Origin: Terriglobia bacterium
GTDB taxonomy: Bacteria > Acidobacteriota > Terriglobia > JAJPHL01 > JAPKYU01
Length of the DNA stretch: 64,000 nucleotides
Assembly (NCBI GenBank): GCA_965223005.1
Contig: CBDCVK010000010.1
Location: 1,606,324 to 1,670,323, forward strand
Direction: 5' to 3'
The notes beneath the pieces are model-generated. The model made no database searches. It saw nothing but the letters and a program-made list of their open reading frames with translations, and was not told where the DNA came from. How positions within the stretch are numbered: position 1 is the first letter of the stretch; every line of letters begins with the position of its first letter. Positions 29,478 to 40,131 of the stretch are shown here, in pieces. A program made the position numbers and the translations under genes.

Positions 29478-29822
29478 CTTGCGCCTGTAGCGGCCAACAC
29501 CATCAGGAAACGTCATGTTTGCATGGGGTGTGGCGGGCGTCAAGTTCCGAAGAACGCTCAGGCAACCGGCGGGGACAGCTCTGCGTGTTGGCCCGGATTG
29601 TGTAAAAACGATCGTGTAAAGACAACTGAGAACTCAGACGCCGGAACATCTCCGAACCCGACTGTACTTTTCCCAGCTTCTATGCGACGATTTCTCTTAG
29701 GGAGCCTCTAGAGGGCCTTTAGGGTCGAAGAAAAGCTAACTGCAAAGCCACGTATTCAATTTCGATCGAACGCGGGCAATTCTCTGGCCGCTGGAGCCTG
29801 CGGGGCATTTCGCAATCTGAAT

Positions 29823-32097
29823 GTGATGGTCGTACGGAAAAGAAAATTCTGGATTCCCGCTTTGGGGGTCGGCTTCCTGTTGGTTGTCGGCTGGTTCTGG
29901 ATTGGACCCTCCGGCATCGCTGATGCTTCGTACAAGCTAGCCGGGGTTGTGGGCGAGGAGGGGAAAAAGCCCCGGCACACGAATCGCCTCATCGGGGAGA
30001 AGAGTCCCTATCTGCTGCAGCATGCACATAACCCGGTGGACTGGTATCCGTGGGGCAAAGAAGCGTTCGAGAAGGCGCGCCGCGAGCAGAAGCCGATCTT
30101 CCTCTCCGTGGGCTATTCCACCTGCCACTGGTGCCATGTGATGGAGCGCGAGTCCTTTTCCGATCCGGCCATCGCCGAGATGATGAATCGCCATTTCGTC
30201 TGCATCAAAGTGGATCGCGAGGAACGTCCCGACGTGGACAGCATTTACATGAGCTTCGTTCAGGCCACCACAAGGCAGCGGCGGCTGGCCCATGTCGGTC
30301 TTCCTGACTCCTGACCTGAAGCCCTTCTTCGGCGGCACCTACTTTCCCCCGGAGGACCGCGGTCGCCGTCCCGGTTTCCGCACCGTGCTGCTGCGGATCG
30401 CTGAAGTTTGGAAAACGGAGCGGGAGAAGATTTTGGCGTCCACCGAGCGCATCACGCAGGCTCTGCGTGCCGGGTCGAAGGCCGAGGCGGGAGATGCCGG
30501 CGCCCTACGAGAGCCGGTGCTGGCGACCGCCTACCAACAATTCAAGAAGAGCTACGACCCGAAGTACGGCGGCTTCGGCGGCGCGCCGAAATTTCCGCGC
30601 CCCGTTGTGTTCAACTTCCTGCTCCGCTACTACGCTCGCACCGGAGACGAGCACGCTCTCCAAATGACCCTACACACGCTGCGCGCCATGGCTCGCGGGG
30701 GCATCCACGACCATGTCGGGGGCGGGTTCCACCGCTATTCTACCGATGCGACCTGGCACGTGCCGCACTTTGAAAAGATGCTCTACGACCAGGCCCAGCT
30801 CGCCATCTCCTACGCCGACGCCTACCAGATTACGCGGGATCCGTTTTTCGCCGACATCCTCCGCGACATCCTGGAGTACGTGCTGCGCGACATGCGCGGG
30901 CCTGAAGGCGAGTTCTATTCCGCCGAAGATGCAGACAGCCTGCTGGAACACGGCAAGCCGGAGCACGGCGAGGGAGCGTTTTACGTTTGGGAGGCCGCCG
31001 AGATCGAAAAGGTCTTGGGGCGCGACCGTGCTCGGATTTTCAACTACCAGTACGGCGTCGAGCCATCCGGAAATGTGCCTCCGGAAAAGGATTTTCAGGG
31101 CGAATTTAAGGGCGACAACATTCTGATGGTGAGTCATTCGCCGGCCGAAACGGCCCGGGAATTTGGCAAGTCAGAGCGCGAGGTTCGGGGACTTCTGGCT
31201 GCGACCCGGCTGAAGCTGCTCGCCGCCCGCGCCCCGCGCCCGCGCCCACTGCGCGACGATAAGGTTCTGACCGCCTGGAACGGCCTGATGATCTCCGGCT
31301 TTGCCCGCGCGGCCCAGGTGCTGGATGAGCCTCGGTATCTGGCGGCGGCCAGCGCCGCTGCCAGCTTCCTCCAGTCCAAGCTTTACGACCGCAAGACGGG
31401 CCTGCTAAAGCGCCGCTACCGTGCCGGGGATGTGGCCATCAACGGCTTTTTGGATGATTACGCCTTCCTGATCCAGGGGCTGCTCGACCTCTACGAAGCA
31501 TCCTTCGACGTCCGCTGGCTTTCCTGGGCAGTGCGGCTACAAGAGATGCAGGACCAGTTGTTCTGGGATTCCAACCAGGGGGGCTACTTTGCCACCAGTG
31601 GAGATGATCCCTCCATTTTGGTGCGCATGCGCGACGACTACGACGGGGCCGAGCCGTCACCCAATTCCGTGGCCGCGATGAACCTGTTGCGCCTGTGGCA
31701 GATGACCGACAGGAAGGCGTGGGAGGAGAAAGCGGAAAAAAGCTTTGCCGTGTTTGGGCAGCGCCTTCAAAGGGCGCCTCAGGCGTTACCGCAACTGGTG
31801 GCCGCGCTGGATTTCAGCCTGTCCAAACCGAAGCAGATCATCATTGCCGGCGACCCGAAGGGCGCCGACACGCGTGCCCTGCTCCGGTTGGTGCATGAGC
31901 GCTTCATCCCCAACAAAATCCTGTTGCTGGCCGATGGGGCTCGGGGCCAAGAGCAGCTGGCCGAGTGGCTGCCGTTTCTCAAGGGCATGCGTCGAAAGCA
32001 GGGACGGGCCACAGCCTACATCTGCGAAAATTACGTGTGTAGGTTACCCACCGCCGATCCCAAGGTGGTGGCAAGCTTGCTGGACGCAAGATCTTAG
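29823..32097 (+). CDS. Thioredoxin-domain protein of the YyaL/SSP411 (DUF255) family, with a +1 frameshift near 30272
   Basis: [35 protein letters not shown]. Removing one A restores [17 protein letters not shown] and joins the 30292-32097 ORF ([11 protein letters not shown]). Confidence 0.9.
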
Positions 32098-32165
32098 CGC
32101 CGCGTCGGAAAAGTCCGCCCTTCTCGTGGCGGGGCGGGTCTGGCGAGGTCCTGGTCGAGCGTAGT

Positions 32166-34070
32166 TCAGGGCGAGGTGGCGTTGGCACCGGTGTGTTGGC
32201 GGGCTTCCTCAAGCTCGGGTCTGACTGTATCCGCCTTGGCACCCAGCGTGGCGAGCTTTGCGAAGTAAGCCTTGGCCTTGGCCTGATCGCCCGAAAGCTT
32301 CGCGGCGCGCGCTGCTCCGAAGAGTCCGTTAAACCGGTTAGGTGACTGTTTCAATACAGCTTCAAACTCCTTCAGCGCTTCCGCTGGCCGCTTCAATTCA
32401 AGAAGCATGTCGCCCAACAGTTCCCGCGCCGGCAACACGGCGCCTGGAGTGACCGGATGTTTGTCAATGTTGTCCTCAAGGTAGGCCGCCGAACCCATTA
32501 GCTCGATGGCTTCTTCGGCTCTGCCTTCCGCGTGCGCCAGCCACGCGGCGACGGCGCGGTGCTGGACTTTCACCTGAGTGGCCCAGTCGTAGCCGCTTGC
32601 CCCTACCATCTCGCGCTGGATCGCGGCTAGCTTTTCCATCTCGTGCCGCGCCACGGCAGTGTTGCCGGTCCTGGCGGCGCCAAGGCCTCGTCCGAATGCC
32701 ACAATGGCCTCCGCGTACCGAAAGTTCTTCCAAGGGAAAGCCGGCGGATGCAATCCCAGAGCGGCCGCCTCTGACCACTGCCGCCTTTCGAGCGCGTAGC
32801 GGGAGGGGACTGCCGCAAAGGCGTACGCCGCAACGAAATTCTCGAGGTCCAGGGTTTGGATGGTTAGCATCTCATCCACAACCTGCTTCGCTTTCAGGTC
32901 CTGCCCCTGTTGCAAATAAGCGTAGGCCAGGTAATCCATCGCGTGAAGCTGGTCGAAGGAGCCGGCGCCGGGCTTGAGGCGCTGAACGTGCTTCCTGGCG
33001 GACGCTGCCGAAGCAATGTTGGACTCAATGGAGTCCTCCCAGAGCCCCAACCGGGTGAAGATATGCGACGGCATGTGAAGCGCGTGGGGTGAATCGGGGG
33101 CGATCTTGGCGTAGCTCCGGGCGGCAGGAAACGCTAGTTCGGCAAGTTGTGGGTAGTCGTAGCTGTGAATGATGTAGTGGGCCAAGCCCGGGTGATCCAG
33201 GTTTTTCGGCAGTTCCCTACCCAGAATCGTAGCCGCCTTTTTCTGGTTGAGGTACTGCCTATCGGTCGGCGGGGCAGTTCCCAGCAAAGCCAGCGCGTAG
33301 AAAATGCCCGCTTCTGAATCGTCGGGGTAGTTGCGGTAGAGCTGCTCCATCGCCTTCTCATAGGCGAGAGCGCGGCCTCGATGATCGAGTTTGGCGGAGT
33401 CCCTGTAGAAGGCCGCGATGGCAGCGATGTAATCTCTCTCGCGGGCAGTCTTAGCACCAATGGCAACAGCCTTTTCGGCCGCTTCGGCACCCCGTTTCAA
33501 CTCTGCCGGATTCGGGGGCGCCCAAACTGGGTGATAGTTGCTCATTGCGACACCCCAGTAGGTCATTCCACATTTCGGATCGGTGTCGCCGATATGGGAG
33601 AAGGCCTACGAAGCCATTTCTGCCTCGTTGTACCAGAAGGAGTGCAGCATGGCCACTGCGCGGGTGAATGGCGCCTGTACATTGGAGTTGCAGGAAATCT
33701 GGAAGCGAACGGTTCCCAATTTGCCGATCTGATGATGATGAGCGCCCTCCTCGGCGAAACCCGGCAATGGTTGGAGCGAACAGACGGCCAAGCCACCACC
33801 AATCTCATCAGTGCTCATTGCGACACCCCAGTAGGTCATTCCACATTTCGGATCGGTGTCGCCGATATGGGAGAAGGCCTTTTCTGCCTCGTTGTACCAG
33901 AAGGAGTGCAGCATGGCCACTGCGCGGGTGAATGGCGCCTGTACATTGGAGTTGCAGGAAATCTGGAAGCGAACGGTTCCCAATTTGCCGATCTGATGAT
34001 GATGAGCGCCCTCCTCGGCGAAACCCGGCAAACAGACGGCCAAGCAGATCAGTACAGTTCTAAGTCGCAT
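32166..34070 (-). CDS. Exported TPR-like helical protein, split by an internal 273-bp duplication
   Basis: Signal MRLRTVLICLAVCLPGFA, LHSFWY, HPGLAHYIIHSYD, HALHMPSHIF. The duplicated copy carries a stop at 33606. Confidence 0.8.
33539..34043. repeat. Tandem duplication with 273-bp period; the left copy has short insertions
   Basis: tgctcattgcgacaccccag... starts at 33539 and 33812. The left copy has extra acgaagcca (9 bp) and tggttggagcga (12 bp). Confidence 0.92.
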
Positions 34071-34315
34071 AACAGACGAGCGCTCAACGGGTGAGCTCCC
34101 TCCTCTCCCCCCTGATTTTACGCCCGAACAACTAGCGCGCTCGGCAAATTCTGTTCCCCTGCTGGGGCTGAACCATGCCCGAACGCCTCCCGGCACCGGG
34201 ACGGTCTGATGTGCACTTCAATAGGGGATTTTGCGGGTGCCTTCTTCTAGCAGGCTGAGGCTGGCAGGCTGGGGAAGGACCGGGCCAACACGGTATAATA
34301 GGAGCCGGCCTCTCG

Positions 34316-35470
34316 ATGGTGGACCAGCCTGAACAGCCAAGAATCTTTCTCTCGGCAGGGGAAGCGTCCGGAGACATGTACGCGGCCTGGTTCGTGGAAG
34401 CGCTGCGCGAGCGCGTTCCGGACGCGGAATGCTTCGGTTGCGCCGGCCCACGCCTGCGCGACGTGGGTTGTGCGGCTCTGCTCCGTTCAGAAAGCATCGC
34501 CATGGTGGGCGTGGCCGAGGTGGCTGCGGAAATCCCGCGGGTCTGGCGCCAGTACCGACGGCTGGTAGCTGACGCTCTGGAGCGTCGCCCCGAACTGGCG
34601 GTGTTGGTGGATGCGCCTAGTTTCAACTTGCGCCTGGCGCGCCATTTTCACCGCCATGGCATTCCAGTGCTCTACCTGGTGGCGCCGCAGGTGTGGGCCT
34701 GGAAGCCGTGGCGAGTGGGGCAGTTGCGGCGTTTGGTGGATCGGCTGCTGTGCATCTTCCCCTTCGAGGAAACCTGGTTCCGCCAGCGCGGTGTGAGCGT
34801 TGAATACATCGGCCACCCGCTCGCCGGCCGCGTTCGCCCGCGGTGGAGTCGCGAAGAATTTTTTGCCAGGCAACGGCTCGACTTGCGACAGCCGCTGCTG
34901 GCCCTTCTGCCCGGCAGCCGGCGCCGCGAAGTATCGTTGAACCTGCCGGTGCTGCTGGAAGCGGCGGGGCGCTGCGGCGCCCAAAGCTTGATCGCCGCGC
35001 CGCCGGAACTGCCCTTGCCTGAGGCACCCCTTCCCGTGGTGCGCGGCGCCACCTACGACGCGCTGGCCCACGCGGACTTGGCACTGGTCGCCAGCGGCAC
35101 GGCAACCGTTGAAGCGGCTTTGCTCGGCACGCCCATGGTGGTCATCTACCGAGTGACGGAACCTACCTGGTGGCTGGGCCGTCTCTTGGTAAGGACGCCT
35201 TTCTACAGTATGGTGAACTTGGTGGCCGAGCGGCGCCTGGTCCCCGAGTTGATCCAGGATGCATTTACCCCGACTCGGGTGACCGAAGAGGCGCGGCGCC
35301 TGCTGTCGAATCGCGATGCGCGCAACGTGATGCGTGTGGGGCTGGCCGAGGTGGCCCGCAAGTTGACCCCGGTCTCTGATCCCCTGGGACGAGCGGCCGA
35401 CCGGGCAGTGGAAATGCTGGAGAACGGCGCTCCGGCCGCACCCCCAGCTGCACCCAAAGTCCTACTCTGA
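34316..35470 (+). CDS. lpxB: Lipid-A-disaccharide synthase
   Basis: AGEASGD, VDAPSFN, APQVWAW, IFPFE, GHPL, LPGSR, SGTATVE. TATAAT at 34294 upstream. Confidence 0.96.
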   Translation: MVDQPEQPRIFLSAGEASGDMYAAWFVEALRERVPDAECFGCAGPRLRDVGCAALLRSESIAMVGVAEVAAEIPRVWRQYRRLVADALERRPELAVLVDAPSFNLRLARHFHRHGIPVLYLVAPQVWAWKPWRVGQLRRLVDRLLCIFPFEETWFRQRGVSVEYIGHPLAGRVRPRWSREEFFARQRLDLRQPLLALLPGSRRREVSLNLPVLLEAAGRCGAQSLIAAPPELPLPEAPLPVVRGATYDALAHADLALVASGTATVEAALLGTPMVVIYRVTEPTWWLGRLLVRTPFYSMVNLVAERRLVPELIQDAFTPTRVTEEARRLLSNRDARNVMRVGLAEVARKLTPVSDPLGRAADRAVEMLENGAPAAPPAAPKVLL

Positions 35471-35508
35471 TCATCGTATGATTGTAGGTAGGGCCTTATA
35501 AGGAGTGT

Positions 35509-37548
35509 TTGATGTTTTCGTCGGCTGTTCACCGCTGGATGCTCACCGGCGACGGGCCGAAGTCCGCAGCCCGCTGGCCGCGGTCCTTCACGGCTGCCCT
35601 TGTGGCAACGGTGCTGGCGTGTGCTTACCTCCCCCTATGGGGGCAGAGGGGCGCGCGGATCGACGTCGAGAAGTACGTGATTGATGCTGAGCTGGATCCG
35701 CGGGAGCACCTGTTGCGCGCCCGCGTGCTGGTCCAGTTCGTGCCCGTGGTGGACACGCTTTCGGTCACCTTTGAATTGAACAACAATCTGGTCCCCACCA
35801 AAATCACCGACGCCGAAGGCCAATTACTTCCTTCGCAGCGATTCCCCCGGCAGGGCACATTGCGTGTCAACTTCGAGCAGCCACTGCGTGCGGCCGAAAG
35901 CACCAGCATCTTGTTTGAATACGACGGCAGGCTGGTCAGCGCCGAGAACCAGCCGGTGGAAGGATTAAAGCTGGCCTACGTCGGCGAGGAGGTCAGCTAC
36001 TTGCTATATCCGGGGCGCTGGTTCCCCATCTCTGATTACCAGGCGGACCGATTCGCTGCGGAAATGAATGTGACCGTACCGCAGGGCCTGGTGGTGGTTG
36101 CGCCCGGCCGAAGTGAGCCCGTTGAGATTGGCCCGCAAGGCAGGCAGACCTTCCACTTTGTCTACGATCGCCCTGCGTTTCCCGGCAGCCTGGCGGTGGT
36201 ACGCGAGCAGCCACAACGGGTGACCAGCGGAGGCGCGCCGGTGAACGTCTATTTTCGCGGTCCTGAGCAGGCCCAGGCGCAAGCCTACGGCGAAGGCGCC
36301 GGCAAAATCCTCACCTTTTTCTCCAGCAAGTTCGGGCCGACGCCGGACTCCACGGTATCGCTGGTGGAAATTGACGAAGGCTCGGTGAACGGCTACTCCG
36401 CGCCGGGAATTGTTTTCCTTTCTCCAGGCGCCATCGGGGACCAGCTCAACTACCGCCTGCTGGCGCACGAGCTGGCGCACCAGTGGTGGCGCGGCATCGT
36501 CAGCCCAGCTTCCCGCGCTCACCTCTGGCTGGACGAAGGGCTGGCCAGCTACAGCGAACTGCTCTACGTGGAAGAATCCGCCGGAGAGGCAGCGCTGGAG
36601 GAGGTGGTCCAGGACGTCGCGATTTCGGCCCTAACTAATGACAGGGTGCCCGTCTTCCGCGCCGCCAGCCTGGAGGAGTTCTCGCTGGAGTATGACGCCG
36701 TGGTGGCGAAGAAGGGCGCGATGATCTTGCACATGCTGCGCTGGGTCATTGGTGACGATGCTTTTTTTCAGGGTTTGCGCCAGTTTGCCTCGACCTACGC
36801 GGGCAGGCAGGCCACCACGGGCGACTTGCGGCAGGTCTTTGAGCAGGTCAGCGGACAGGATTTAAGCGGTTTTTTCATCCAGTGGCTGGAATCCCCGGGA
36901 ACACCGGAGTTCAAGGCTGACTATGCCGTCTTCCGCACCAGCAAGGGCTTCAAGATTGTGGGCCAGATCAAGCAAGACCTGGATATCTTCCGCATGCCGG
37001 TGGAAGTGCGCATTGAAACCGACGGGGAGCCTGTCGTGCGGCGCATCGAGGTGGTCGGCACTGCCTCGGACTTCATCGTCGATACCTTTGGACGCCCACG
37101 CACCGTGACGGTGGACCCGAACAGGCGGGTCCTGAGGTACAACGACCAGATTCGCCTTCAGGTGGCGATTCGCAAGGGAGAGCAGTGGACCGACGTGAGC
37201 TACTACGAGGAAGCGCTGAAGGAATATCAGAAGGCGCTGGAAATCAACAAGAACAGCTCGCTGGCCCACTTTCGCGTCGCCGAGGTGTTCTTTGCCCAAA
37301 ACAATTACCAGTCGGCTGCCAACGCGTTCCGCGAAGCACTCAACGGCGACCTGGAGCCGAACTGGACTGAGGTTTGGAGCCACATCAACTTGGGCAAAAT
37401 TTTTGACATCACCGGGCAGCGCGAACGAGCCGTGAATGAATATCAGCAGGCGCTGCGAACCAAGGACAATACCCAGGGCGCTCTGGCCGAAGCCGAGAAG
37501 TACTTGAAGGAACGTTACCGGCGCGAGCGGCTGGCGGAACGCTATTGA
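35509..37548 (+). CDS. M1-family zinc aminopeptidase with C-terminal TPRs
   Basis: HELAHQWW...WLDEGLA (HExxH+E), KGAMILHML, TPR-like C-terminus. Start uncertain. Confidence 0.88.
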   Translation: MMFSSAVHRWMLTGDGPKSAARWPRSFTAALVATVLACAYLPLWGQRGARIDVEKYVIDAELDPREHLLRARVLVQFVPVVDTLSVTFELNNNLVPTKITDAEGQLLPSQRFPRQGTLRVNFEQPLRAAESTSILFEYDGRLVSAENQPVEGLKLAYVGEEVSYLLYPGRWFPISDYQADRFAAEMNVTVPQGLVVVAPGRSEPVEIGPQGRQTFHFVYDRPAFPGSLAVVREQPQRVTSGGAPVNVYFRGPEQAQAQAYGEGAGKILTFFSSKFGPTPDSTVSLVEIDEGSVNGYSAPGIVFLSPGAIGDQLNYRLLAHELAHQWWRGIVSPASRAHLWLDEGLASYSELLYVEESAGEAALEEVVQDVAISALTNDRVPVFRAASLEEFSLEYDAVVAKKGAMILHMLRWVIGDDAFFQGLRQFASTYAGRQATTGDLRQVFEQVSGQDLSGFFIQWLESPGTPEFKADYAVFRTSKGFKIVGQIKQDLDIFRMPVEVRIETDGEPVVRRIEVVGTASDFIVDTFGRPRTVTVDPNRRVLRYNDQIRLQVAIRKGEQWTDVSYYEEALKEYQKALEINKNSSLAHFRVAEVFFAQNNYQSAANAFREALNGDLEPNWTEVWSHINLGKIFDITGQRERAVNEYQQALRTKDNTQGALAEAEKYLKERYRRERLAERY

Positions 37549-37646
37549 TGCCCCAGTCCCAGGCCCTGAACTTAACTTCTGCAGCCCCACGCGGGCACTG
37601 ACCTTTTCTGTGGCCGCGTCCAGCGGTGCGGAGTCAAGGCGGAGTG

Positions 37647-38030
37647 CTATTCCGGCGTGTAGGTGGCGGTGGTGGTGTCAGTTTCCCAGACGGTGACCGC
37701 GGCGACCCGCACGCCATTTCCAGGACGCTGCTTGGCCAGTCGGCCATCAATCTCCTGGTAGAAATACTTCGCCAGGTTTTCCGCTGAAGGGTTCAGCACG
37801 TCGAACGGCGCCAGGTCATTGAGGAACTGGTGGTCTACCCGATCGGCGACCTGCCGCAGCGCGCCTTTCAACTCCACAAAGTCATACAGCAGGCCAGTGG
37901 AATCCAGGTCGCGCCCCCGCAGCGTTAGACGGACCCGGTAGTTGTGGCCGTGCGTGTTTTCACATTTGCCGCGGTAACCACGCAAGGCGTGCCCAGCGGC
38001 AAAGGTATGCTCGACGGTGACTTCAAACAT
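37647..38030 (-). CDS. queD: 6-carboxy-5,6,7,8-tetrahydropterin synthase
   Basis: FAAGH, CENTHGHNY, DH.FLN, NPSAEN, WET. Confidence 0.93.
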   Translation of the reverse strand: MFEVTVEHTFAAGHALRGYRGKCENTHGHNYRVRLTLRGRDLDSTGLLYDFVELKGALRQVADRVDHQFLNDLAPFDVLNPSAENLAKYFYQEIDGRLAKQRPGNGVRVAAVTVWETDTTTATYTPE

Positions 38031-40053
38031 TGGGTGATGGCTCCATAAACCGCTCGGCTTCAGCAAATTCTCGAGTCGTACGGTAGTCCGCAAGACTCTC
38101 GAGGAAAATTGTACCGTAGTTCTTGGTCAGGATGCGCGTATCCAGGATAGCCAGCAGGCCCCGGTCGGCGCGGCTTCGGATCAACCTTCCGAAGCCCTGT
38201 TTAAGCGCCAGGATAGCCTGAGGCACCTGATACTCCAAGAAGGGGTTGCCTCCCTCCTCCCCAATCAGGCGGAGACGCGCGGCTACCACCGGGTCGGTAG
38301 GCACCGCAAACGGCAGCCGGTCAATGACCACGCAGCTAAGCTGCTCGCCAGGCACGTCAACGCCCTGCCAGAAGCTAGCGGTGGCGAACAGCACCGGGTT
38401 CGCTTCACTGCGGAAGCGCTCCAGAAGGGCCGTGCGGGGTGCCTCACCCTGAACCAGCAGCGGATACTTCAGCCCGGTAGCCTGCAGCCAGGCTGCGGCA
38501 CGCTGGTAGATTTGGTGCATCTGCTGGTAGCTGGTGAACAGCACGAAGGCCCGACCGCGGGTGGCCTGCAGGATGCGGCAGACCTCCTGCGACGCTCGCT
38601 CCAGAAATTCCGGCTGGCGCGGGTCAGGCAGCTCCGGCGGGATGTAGAGCAGAGCCTGACGGTGAAAGTCATAGTGCGACTCCAGCACCCTCTGGCGCGC
38701 GTAGCGGATTCCCAAACGCCGCGTAACGAACTCGAAGCTGCCGGCCACGGCCAGAGTGGCCGAGGTCAGAGCACAGGTCTCCACCTGCTCGAACAGGGCC
38801 GCGGAAAGGATGGGAGCCACGTCAATGGGGGTAGCCTGGAGGAAGGTGCCATGGCCGCGCCGCTCGATCCAATAGACGTAGCCAGGAGCGTTCCCCTCCA
38901 GCAGGAATCTCAGCTCGCGGCGCAACTCGGCGGCCCGGCGGGCCAGCGCATGCACCTCTTCTGACTTGTCGGGGAGCGCCGCCAGCGCCGATTCCAGTGC
39001 CTCCAGCGCGTCGGCCAGTCTGGTATGGGCGCTTTCGAGCTTCCCATCGGGGTCCGCGAACTCCTGGTGCATGTCGAAAGCGAAGCGTCCTTGTTCTCCG
39101 GCCAGCAGCCCGAAGAGAACGGCGGCACGCTCGCCCACACGGTGAGCGGCACGGAACAGCTGCGGCGTGCGACTGTCGTTTTCAGCCGCAGCGCCTTCCT
39201 GTGCTGCTTTCAGCCGCAGCGTCTGCTCGCAGTCGCGCACCAGCTCTTCCAGGCGGTAGTTGCTGACGATGAGTCCGAAATATTGCGAAGCCACCTCCTC
39301 CAGTTCGTGGGCCTCATCGAAGATCACCGCGCGATAGTCCGGCAGGACGCCCAACCCGGGCACCCGATTGGCCGCGGACGCCTTCAGAGCCAGGTCGGCG
39401 AAAAACAGGTGATGGTTGACAATCAGCAGGTCGGACTCCACGGCTCGCTGGTGCATCAGGGTGAGGAAGCAGCGCTCGAACTGGGGACACTTCTGGCCGG
39501 TGCAGGTCTCGCGACGCGCGTTCAAGTGAGGCCACAACGCGCTGGACTCGGGCAGCGATGCCAGTTCGGCGCGGTCGCCGGTTTCCGTGCGCGGCTCCCA
39601 CTCGCGCAACAGCGCCAGCTCTTCCCGCTGCCTTACCAGCTCGGCTGTCGCTGGGGCACTCAGCTCGTAGAGCTTTTGTCGGCACAAGTAGTTGTTGCGG
39701 CCCTTCATGTAGGAGACGCGCAACCGCCGGCCCAGGTGCCGCTCCAGAAATGGGATGTCCTGGTAGAAAAGCTGCTCCTGAAGGTTCTTGGTACCAGTGG
39801 AAATCACCACCCACCGGCCGCTGAGCAAGGCGGGAACCAGGTAGGCCAGAGTCTTTCCGGTGCCGGTGCCCGCTTCTACGAGCAAGTGGTGCTTCTCGCG
39901 GAAGGCAGCTTCAACCAGCTCCGCCATCTCCAGTTGGCCGGCGCGGAACTCGTAGCGGGGGTGGGCGCGGGCCAGCCATCCGTGGGGCGCGAAAAACTCC
40001 CGCATGCTGGAATCCCTAGACGCGTTGGCGCTGTGCGCTTCTTTCATGGGCAA
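38023..40053 (-). CDS. ATP-dependent DNA helicase, DinG/YoaA family
   Basis: EAGTGTGKT, KGRNNYLC, Fe-S Cys residues (CTGQKC...C), DEAH, TSATL, FWQGVDVPG, QGFGRLIR. Start uncertain. Confidence 0.95.
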   Translation of the reverse strand: MPMKEAHSANASRDSSMREFFAPHGWLARAHPRYEFRAGQLEMAELVEAAFREKHHLLVEAGTGTGKTLAYLVPALLSGRWVVISTGTKNLQEQLFYQDIPFLERHLGRRLRVSYMKGRNNYLCRQKLYELSAPATAELVRQREELALLREWEPRTETGDRAELASLPESSALWPHLNARRETCTGQKCPQFERCFLTLMHQRAVESDLLIVNHHLFFADLALKASAANRVPGLGVLPDYRAVIFDEAHELEEVASQYFGLIVSNYRLEELVRDCEQTLRLKAAQEGAAAENDSRTPQLFRAAHRVGERAAVLFGLLAGEQGRFAFDMHQEFADPDGKLESAHTRLADALEALESALAALPDKSEEVHALARRAAELRRELRFLLEGNAPGYVYWIERRGHGTFLQATPIDVAPILSAALFEQVETCALTSATLAVAGSFEFVTRRLGIRYARQRVLESHYDFHRQALLYIPPELPDPRQPEFLERASQEVCRILQATRGRAFVLFTSYQQMHQIYQRAAAWLQATGLKYPLLVQGEAPRTALLERFRSEANPVLFATASFWQGVDVPGEQLSCVVIDRLPFAVPTDPVVAARLRLIGEEGGNPFLEYQVPQAILALKQGFGRLIRSRADRGLLAILDTRILTKNYGTIFLESLADYRTTREFAEAERFMEPSPNV

Positions 40054-40131
40054 GAAACTTCAGGCACGAGCAAGAAACTTCGGCATGCTCGCCCGTCTGC
40101 TCCTAAAGCATAATGAATTGCACGGCTAAGA

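Noticed and set aside
29600-29680. ccgaacccgac resembling part of a c-di-AMP (ydaO) riboswitch near the osmoprotectant operon; also a short gtgtaaa repeat
   Set aside because: It is on the wrong strand for that operon and the other conserved riboswitch segments are absent.
30260-30300. Programmed frameshifting in the YyaL, GMC or LOG genes
   Set aside because: No X XXY YYZ slippery heptamer with a stimulatory structure is evident, and these families are normally single ORFs.
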